A DNA stretch of 64,000 bases from Lingula anatina. Taxonomy: Eukaryota; Animalia; Brachiopoda. Position numbers and translations under genes: made by a program. The DNA lies in the NCBI GenBank assembly GCA_051362555.1, contig CM120640.1, positions 43,812,788 through 43,876,787 on the forward strand, in the 5' to 3' direction. The notes under the pieces were generated by a model. That model made no database searches and was not told where the DNA came from. It worked only from the letters and a program-made list of their open reading frames with translations. Below are positions 27,341-64,000 of this stretch, one piece after another. Positions within the stretch are counted from its first letter, which is position 1. Each line of letters starts with the position of its first letter.

Positions 27341-28212
27341 CAGTATTTTGGGATGTCAGGTTAAAGGGTGAACTGATTGTTTAAAGTTAACAGTACTCTA
27401 AAAATTCATCAAATTGTTTTTCAGCAGCTTTTTTCTGTCTTGAATCCCACAAACTGTGCCTTCAAACTTTTAATCTACAAAACTTTTGATTGGTTAAGAT
27501 ACCCAAGTTTATCTGCAACAACCAAATAAAAAATGTCTGTCATGACGCTGGCATTTATAAAACTAAGTGTCATGGGTATTAGTCTTCTTTTATCATGATC
27601 AATGCTTCTCTTGCTTGCATTTATATTTTTTCTTTTTTTCAAATTAAGTCAATTAATTGTAATTTAAGTCAATCAGTTGATTTGAAATTTTCTGTGGAAT
27701 TTATTTATCTTATCTGTGAACAAGCTAAGATGATAACCGTGGGTGTGATGTGATCAAGTGCACTTAGAATGGACTTGGTAACAATCAGTTTACTGTGAAT
27801 GAATTGTGTATATATAACAGTGAGCTCAAGGGGGTCAACCATTGAACCAAGCATTATTTTAGTCCGATGTACCCATAGATCTCTGCACTGATAGATTCAA
27901 ACCCCACACCCCTAAAGCACGAGCACACGCACGCACAAAATACAGTAACAATTGGACATACAAAATGAAAAATAATATTATAAGAAATTTATTGTTGTAG
28001 ACTGGTATATGGCAATAGTGTAATATTTATCCAACTACACCCTTCCAATTTTAATGAAAGAGATGTGTTTATAGTTGAAAACATTGAATGTGTCTTGTCT
28101 ACTAGCCCTTGAAAGAATTTAAAAATTATGATGGATAATACTGAATTCAGTCATCTTTCTGCTTGCCTTTACAGTAGAAAATTTACCTGCACTCAATTTT
28201 TTTAGTCCTCTG

Positions 28213-28505
28213 CAGGGGCAGATCCAAGATTATTTGAAGGGGGGATCCAGAACGACAGGCCTCAGATGTGAAGCTGACCATCACCCCCTTGGAGTGGGGT
28301 TCGGGGGCTGCTCAAGGGCCCCGAAATTTTTTTGGTGTTTTGGAGAGCAAACAGTGCCCTTTGGTACAGTTTAGAAATTTGATTTAGCTAGTCAAAATTC
28401 TAATTTCAAGAGGGGAATATTGGTGTGATATATTTTTCAGAAACTTAAGGGGGGGGGGGGGGGGGGTCAGGACCCCCCCTGACCCCCTCTCTAAATCTGC
28501 CACTG
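28213..28505. mobile_element. Non-autonomous hAT-like MITE with 5-bp TSD (CTCTG)
   Basis: Termini CAGGGGCAGATCC / AAATCTGCCACTG with G/C-run subterminal motifs. Perfect CTCTG direct repeats at 28208-28212 and 28506-28510. Confidence 0.8.
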
Positions 28506-29027
28506 CTCTGTGTACATGTATAAGGACATGTAGTTGAGCTGGCACCATTGTTGAGTACAATGACATATTTACATCCTATTCTGTGTTATCAAAAGAACCC
28601 AATCACACATATTTGTACTAGACATGATGTATGGATGTTAGACTTAATAAACCTGCACTAAGCTACATATGACCCAACGATAAAGCCTAATCAGCACGAG
28701 GACATTTTTAGTACACTGTTAGTACACTGAGTACATGACTGTCCTGTTCTAGTTGATGACATACATGGTTGTTTGACCCACCACTATCAAATCTCCCCAA
28801 GTTAAATATAACCGCAGACAGGCCCATAACCAGTTTAAAAAGTAACGTAAATATGTACCTCTACTGCACCCCCCTCATGACAAGTCTCACCTACACCCCC
28901 TGAACTTACGCTTTCAGTGAGGCATGTCATTAAGTTAATAAAGGACATTTAGCTTAAGTATAATTTTTTCAAACACATTTAGTGGAATATTTAGCCTATG
29001 CCTCTCCTAAAAATAATAGCTGTTTTT

Positions 29028-29060
<33 letters not shown>

Positions 29061-29079
29061 TTTTTTTTGTAGCTTTTCT

Positions 29080-29703
29080 ATGAGAGTTGAAGAAGTTGAA
29101 CATTTCAAGTATTTGGTTTCGGTAAAATAGGTGGATGGAAACTCAACAAAAGATGTCAAATGAGAATCGGAATGGTGAAGGCCAAAGCAAATGAACTGGT
29201 CAATATCTGGAAGGACAGAAGTATCCCAACAGTGTTAAAGGTGAAATTAATGAAGACCTTGATATGGCCAGTGCTCATGTACAGGTGCAAAGGATGGGTA
29301 ATCAAAAAAGAGAAGGAAAAACAGATGCAGCTGAAATGTGGATTTATCAAAGAATGTAATGCATCTCATGTTGGGAAAAAAAACTGAAAGACTGCACTCT
29401 TGAGGAACTCTGACTTAACCAGGAATTATTGAACAAGTTCAAGGAAAAGAAGCTTATTTTTCTGGGCCACCAGCTCCAACTGGAAAAAAAAAAGTTGTTC
29501 ACATCAACATTTTAAAGTGTCCCCCCAAAAAATGAAAACATGGCAGGCCGGGGTTTGGATGGAAGACCAACATACAAAATTGGACAAGAAAAAGTTTAAT
29601 AGAGGTCACGAGGACGACAGTAGATAGAAAGAAGTGGAGGGGCTTGGTCCATGGAGTATGCCAAAAATCTTTGATGCTGCTGCTGCTGATGATGATGATG
29701 ATT
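29080..29703 (+). mobile_element. RTE-clade LINE 3' fragment (frameshifted)
   Basis: VEEVEHFKYL...DVKMRIGMVK...IWKDRSIPTVLKVKLMKTLIWPVLMY is typical of the RTE post-RT region. Ends in a (GAT)n tail at ~29687-29702. Confidence 0.8.
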
Positions 29704-31301
29704 AACTTTTCTAACTGCTACATATATCAGTGCATGATTTTTAAATTGAATTGAAATGGTTATCTTCATTTGCATTCTTTGGACAGAGGTCAAATTTTGA
29801 TCACTCAGTGTCTGCATGACAGTACGATTGACCTAGCTCAGCTTCACTGAATGTTTACTGCTAATACGCGAACATTCTAACAATCAATGTAATCAAAATG
29901 CTAAGTATCCTATCCAAGGATTTTCAGCCAAATTTAATTTTCCTTGAAAATGGAAATTAATTTTTCAACTTGTGAATCATTGCTAGACCTGTCCCTTTTA
30001 ATCAGATATTTACACAATTTCCTTTTAGATTTCTAGATAAATTACTTTATTTATTATAGTTTTAAATAACTGGGCAATCACTCAGACCACCATGCCTTTT
30101 GATACATTTCAAAAGGAAATATCAACGTTGGGCATTTTTATTTAAGGGGTTTTATCATTTTTAAGGTCTGTATAGGAAAAGATAAGTATATTTGAAGGAT
30201 ATGTTAGCAAAGAAAACATAAGTTTGGGACATTTTCAAATGCTGATTCATGTAGTACATCTTTAATTATGTAAGCATCTCTCCAACTTTTTTTTTTTTTT
30301 TTTTGGGAGGGGGGTGTTAGAGACAAAAAACAAAAGCCAAAAGTCATACTGTCTTATCATCATTATTGATATTTGCATAGTAGGACTTAAAGATAAAAAG
30401 TCATATGGAATGAATGTAGGTATTAGTAATCTGCAATCAAATAAGCCACCCTGAAGCTAAATTTGAAATATACTTAAAAGTTTTTCAAAGACATCAGTAA
30501 ACATTTCCACCCAACAAGCATTGTGTAAAACATTGACACAACTGTGTTATATATGACAAAAAATTATTTGTTCAAAAGTCAATGATTTCCTTCAAATATA
30601 ATAATTACATACAATTCCTGAAATTACTATCATAGAGGTACATGTTTTCAAGAAATGGGAAAACTTAAAAACATGAATTGAAACTTAACATACAAATGAG
30701 CCAGCATAGACATATCAGATAAGGCTGGTGGAGTGAATACAGAAAATGTCTAAAAATTGACACATACATTATCTGCTTTTTTGCTGTTGAAAAAATCATC
30801 GTTAATCGGTATAAATCGAAATTATCAACATTATTATAATATATGTTTAATGAAAACATCACCAAATTTCCATACAGCTACAAGTAAAATATAAGAAAAA
30901 ATATCACACACTGTGTAAAAGGAATGACGATTTCTGTAAAATGTAAAATACTACAAATGTTGCTTCAAAATGTTGTTACATGAAGGCAATGAAAATATGA
31001 AAAATTTAGAAACCCAAACTACAATTTTTGAGGTCAGGCATTCAATTTATTCTTGGGATATGAACCCAATTAATAAAATCTGCAGCCATCATGCCTCAAA
31101 AACAAGCAGCATATCTTTTCATACATCTGTTCAAAATTCATCCCCGTGGCACTATTGACTACATTCTGATTAGATAAAATGAACAGAAATAATTTTACTA
31201 TTATCTAACCATGTTGAAAATAGTCTAATTTTGTTTTCATTTGTTCAGTTTTGTTCATCATAATGCAAACCAAAGTCAATTTTTGTGAATATGTCAAAGT
31301 C

Positions 31302-32216
31302 TTAGTATTTCTTCTTAGCCTTTTCCATTTTCTTGTTATTTTCAAATTCAATGTATTTCTTATTCTTGATCCCCCCTGCCTGCAGTCCTGGCCAGAAAGT
31401 CCCCATGGCCTTGTCAAAATGGTTGAAAAAAGGAGCAAAATTGGTCTGTGGTTTCATATGGTGCATGTCATGCTTAGGGGCACCGCCAATAATGCCAGTT
31501 GGGTCCCAGTTATGCAGGGCAAATGGGAAGTCGTATCCAATGTGAGCTTCAACGCTGATGATGATATTCACTATCATGAAGCTCCAAGTGGTGAAAACGT
31601 GACAGTTAAAAACCCATGGTAGAACGGTTGTGTACGTCCCCACAGTGATCAGCTCTAAGGGGCTCAGATATTGTGTTACCCAACAGAATGGACTGTAGTA
31701 CTGATGATGAATGGAGTGCACATGCTTGTAAAGAAACTTCACTCGATGGTGTGTGTAGTGCCAGACAAAATACTGGAAATCAAAGATAAGCAGCATAACG
31801 ACCTGTTCAAGTACAAACTCTGTCATTGTGGGTGCCACAGGCGGTAAGGGAGTCGGTGGAGTCCATATGGCTTGACCAATAGCGGCTGGGAGTATGTACA
31901 CACAGTGATTCCACAAAATCACCAAGATGGCATTGCGGCAGGCCGGCCAGGTCACATTTTTCTCTGGTTGGATCTTGTACTTGTGGATCCAGTTCCAATT
32001 TTTGCCCCAAAGATCAAAGATGGTGAATGGCACCATGCACGTAAAGTAGAAAGCCACCGACATGACAACTGGAAAAAGTGGTGATCTCAGGTAATCCTCA
32101 TGTCCAATACGAATTAAGTCCCATAGTCCCTGCAACGCGCGAAAGTCGTCTGCTCTTTTTGTCTGGTTTAACGTTGACGTTTCTTCTTTCCACCATTGCC
32201 ATTGCCACTCCGACAT
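31302..32216 (-). CDS. CH25H: Cholesterol 25-hydroxylase-like protein (fatty acid hydroxylase/sterol desaturase family), intronless, 304 aa
   Basis: LQGLWD...LRSPLFPV, YKIQP, and di-iron His boxes HYTHH, HSIHH, EAHIGYDFP and HDMHH, plus NFAPFF.HFDK. Has TM helices and a C-terminal KKxx-type ER signal (KKKY). Exact orthology within the CH25H-like clade is unproven. Confidence 0.85.
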   Translation of the reverse strand: MSEWQWQWWKEETSTLNQTKRADDFRALQGLWDLIRIGHEDYLRSPLFPVVMSVAFYFTCMVPFTIFDLWGKNWNWIHKYKIQPEKNVTWPACRNAILVILWNHCVYILPAAIGQAIWTPPTPLPPVAPTMTEFVLEQVVMLLIFDFQYFVWHYTHHRVKFLYKHVHSIHHQYYSPFCWVTQYLSPLELITVGTYTTVLPWVFNCHVFTTWSFMIVNIIISVEAHIGYDFPFALHNWDPTGIIGGAPKHDMHHMKPQTNFAPFFNHFDKAMGTFWPGLQAGGIKNKKYIEFENNKKMEKAKKKY

Positions 32217-32711
32217 ATTGACTGTATCAATGGGTCAGCTTCTACCTTACGTGCAATCCTGTGTTTGAGTTGCACCTCTTCACATGACAAAAGCCCAAAT
32301 GACAGCACTGTTGCTAATGAAGCGGTAAACTCTATATGTCCTTTGACCAGCCCTGACCTCAGTCTGTCAACTCATTTTCAGATCTCTTACAACAGAAGAC
32401 CCATAGAAAATCACGTTTAGTAGAACACAAAATTTGCATCATCAATGCATTTAAGGGGCACGAATTAGTGCACAAGCGCAATATCTGTAATAATTATCTC
32501 AGTAAGAGATAATGAAATGTCCTATATGACTATTTTTTAAATGTTTAATGCAAATAATTTTCAAATCTCGTTTAAGTCACGTGGTAGGGCAGAAATGGAG
32601 GACTCGAAAGATTTGTGTGATGATCGCTGAATACATTCAATGTTTTACCCATTTGATGGGGAAAGTAATTTGATTTAAGGGAGACATGAGCAAATAAAAG
32701 TATGTTTTACA
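32217..32711. promoter_or_regulatory. Compact bidirectional promoter CH25H-like / SMG5 with nuclear-receptor repeats and an E-box
   Basis: 495 bp between divergent ATGs. Minus-strand AGGTCA-gggc-TGGTCA-a-AGGACA at 32359-32337 is followed by TATAGA. GTCACGTGG lies at 32576-32584. Confidence 0.65.
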
Positions 32712-61711
<29,000 letters not shown>

Positions 61712-62277
61712 GACCCAGTAGATCTTTGGCCAGACAGGCATTGGGTCTTTCTTGAGGAAAACAACCACTAGAGGGAGTGGTATGCTAAAATGCTCCAGGT
61801 GATAGATGGTCACACAGAGACAAGGTGCAATTACTTCACACACTAACTCAATCAGGTTATTTGGTAGATATTGATATGAAAATTTGGAGATTGACACCTA
61901 GAACATTTATTGTTTTTCTCTGTGACAGGTTAAAACGCAATACCTGCAGCTAACGTGTGATGTATCTCATAAAAAGAGCACTGTGCAAATATAAATGCTG
62001 TTTGATAATGAGACAATATTGTTTCTTATGCTGAAGATCTATGGATATAACATGCCTGATGTGATAAATACTGGTTATAACTTTAAATATTGGGAAGTTT
62101 TATAACTGCAACTTGGCATCTTTTGCTTTAGATATATTAGAATGTGTCTTCTTTTTTTTTTCATTTCAATACATAAACAGTATATAAAGGTGTTCTGCTG
62201 CAAGTGATAAAAGGCTTCATTTTTTCCGAAATTCAGAAAAAGTAATGAGGAATACAGTCAAAGTCTTTGTTCTCCTA

Positions 62278-62356
62278 AATAAATAAAATTGATATTATCG
62301 GAAGAAGTTACTGAAGATTGGTTTCTTTTAAAAATGAATTCTCCAAATTAATAAAA
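62278..62356 (+). other. Candidate SMG5 polyadenylation signals
   Basis: AATAAA hexamers at about 62278-62287 and 62351-62356, 570-640 nt after the stop codon. Confidence 0.45.
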
Positions 62357-64000
62357 ACAAGAAAAAGAAATGGCTTCCTCAACAGCATGAGAACCATATT
62401 TGATTGTAGCTAAAAATCTGTGAAAAATCAAAAAGTCAGCCTCATGTACTCGGACATGTAACTTCTACAAAATATGCATAAGATACATTTGTTATACTTG
62501 GAAAGTGGATGTACATCGAAGAAAAGATTCAATTTAACTCGAGGCAAATAACTTACCATTTTTGTCAGAATTACCTGACGATTGCCATATAGAAATTGTA
62601 ATCCAATATCTTTTTGACTGTGAAATAAAATTGAAACTGAATGATACGATGGTCATTTTTATTGTCAACTGACTTCAGTTGCTAGATTTGCACATAGATG
62701 TCCCCACAGTGCACTGCACAACATCTCATTATGGTCAGAGTAAGGGAGTGTGCGTGTGTTGGAAAATAACAGGATAGCTGGCCGTCGCATTAGAGCGTTA
62801 TTAGACATGACTTGCCAAATGCCATTATTCAGCAGGTTACAGTTGTGGATGCAGCAGGGGAAATTGGTATTGGAATTACCCCTCATATCCTCCTGAAATG
62901 TGTCATTTCATCCCATGTGATGTTTATAGTCATCTTATTATCTGCTGTAGCAGTTTAAACCTGTGTAATTTTTCACGCTAGCTCTATCAAGTCTCACAAC
63001 CTGTTGCCTCTGTTGACTGGGTGCCCCTGAGCAACACAACCTAGGAGGGGGAATGATCACATAAAGATATAAAGTGCAACTTAAAACCACTTACCTTTGG
63101 TGAGACATAATGTGAAGGGTTTGTGGGTTCTGCTTGGTTGACTGGGAAGAAAATATGAAACCAGCCAATTTTATCCATTTGTTCAAAACTTTTGAGGCAG
63201 GACACCGATTTAGGGGAAATATTCACCTTTGCATATTACCGTCAGATATATTAAGCAGATAAAAAAAGTTCTTAAGTCAAGAAAACACCTTTGATGTGAA
63301 ATACCTTGATGTCAAATCTTATCCGAATCTCAGTTTACATTAAAGAAAAGAGAGGTGCTTTAGACCATACTAACAGAACATTATCTGTGTGGCTATTTGT
63401 TTTGGGCTCTTCATTTAAAAAAAAATCAGTTGTATACCTAAAACAGACACACATTCCAAATCGCTTTACAAAGAAATCTCTATGCTGGATTGTCACATTT
63501 TACTTCACTGAAGATTTCATGGTGCTGCAGGTACTGCAGTAGTGATACGCTTGAGTGCACAGCATCTCATCATCCTTCATAGCCATTTCTCTTGTCAAAC
63601 ATGAATCGCTGGAGGATGTAACCTGTGGTTACATGGATGACAGCACAAGACTGTTTGGCAGCCAGCCATTGCCCCTTGTGGTGTCATAAGCTGGCAAGGT
63701 GTCCCATCGTTGGCACGAGGGCAGGCTTGAAATCATGATCAACAGTGGTGGATTGGATCTCTGTCTCTCCTGAGTCCATCTGGCTCCAGTAGAATAGCTA
63801 GACCTAATGGTATGTTGAGCAGCGGCATATGATCCAGGTGTATACTTCTGGAGTACACTAGGACAGTATCAGTAAATGTGGGCCTGAAGTCCTTTCTCCC
63901 TCAAGACAACTGACACATTAGTGATTCAAAAGTTACTGGACACACCTTCAGTTTATGATAATTAACCACTTCGGAAGATGAGGCTCTTATGTGTAAAAGT

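Noticed and set aside
27820-27940. B-box-like GGTTTGAATC on the minus strand (possible tRNA-derived SINE)
   Set aside because: No cloverleaf, clear A box, tail or TSD, so too degenerate to call.
31205-32420. Several overlapping ORFs on both strands around CH25H-like
   Set aside because: Shadow and alternative frames of a real CDS with no independent features.
63520-64000. GC-richer block at the window end (decayed retroelement or exon?)
   Set aside because: The frames I inspected are interrupted by stops and show no recognisable motif, so it cannot be classified without a search.

Overview
AT-rich, intron-rich eukaryotic genomic DNA from an invertebrate, probably a mollusc or other lophotrochozoan judging from intron style and repeat families. 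I reconstructed five protein-coding genes by hand from splice sites and reading-frame continuity: a 6-exon gene for an uncharacterised ~759-aa protein with a C-terminal Mieap/SPATA18-like domain (-, 1578-13035); 15-exon alpha-L-iduronidase IDUA (-, 14575-21918); 7-exon C1orf43/NICE-3 (+, 23139-25385); an intronless cholesterol 25-hydroxylase-like gene (-, 31302-32216); and the 27-exon NMD factor SMG5 (+, 32712-61711). IDUA/C1orf43 and CH25H-like/SMG5 are head-to-head pairs. Repeats include a 3.7-kb Helentron-type non-autonomous element (HINE) carrying ~161-bp tandem arrays, several MITEs, L2/CR1 and RTE LINE 3' fragments, and microsatellites. The most interesting signals are: a composite nuclear-receptor DR4+DR1 element next to a TATA-like box upstream of the CH25H-like gene; the Mieap-domain protein architecture; the HINE satellite structure; a duplicated splice donor in C1orf43; an 11-kb SMG5 intron; and a putative spliced antisense transcript converging on the SMG5 3' end. 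No database searches were run. Gene names rest on recognised motifs.
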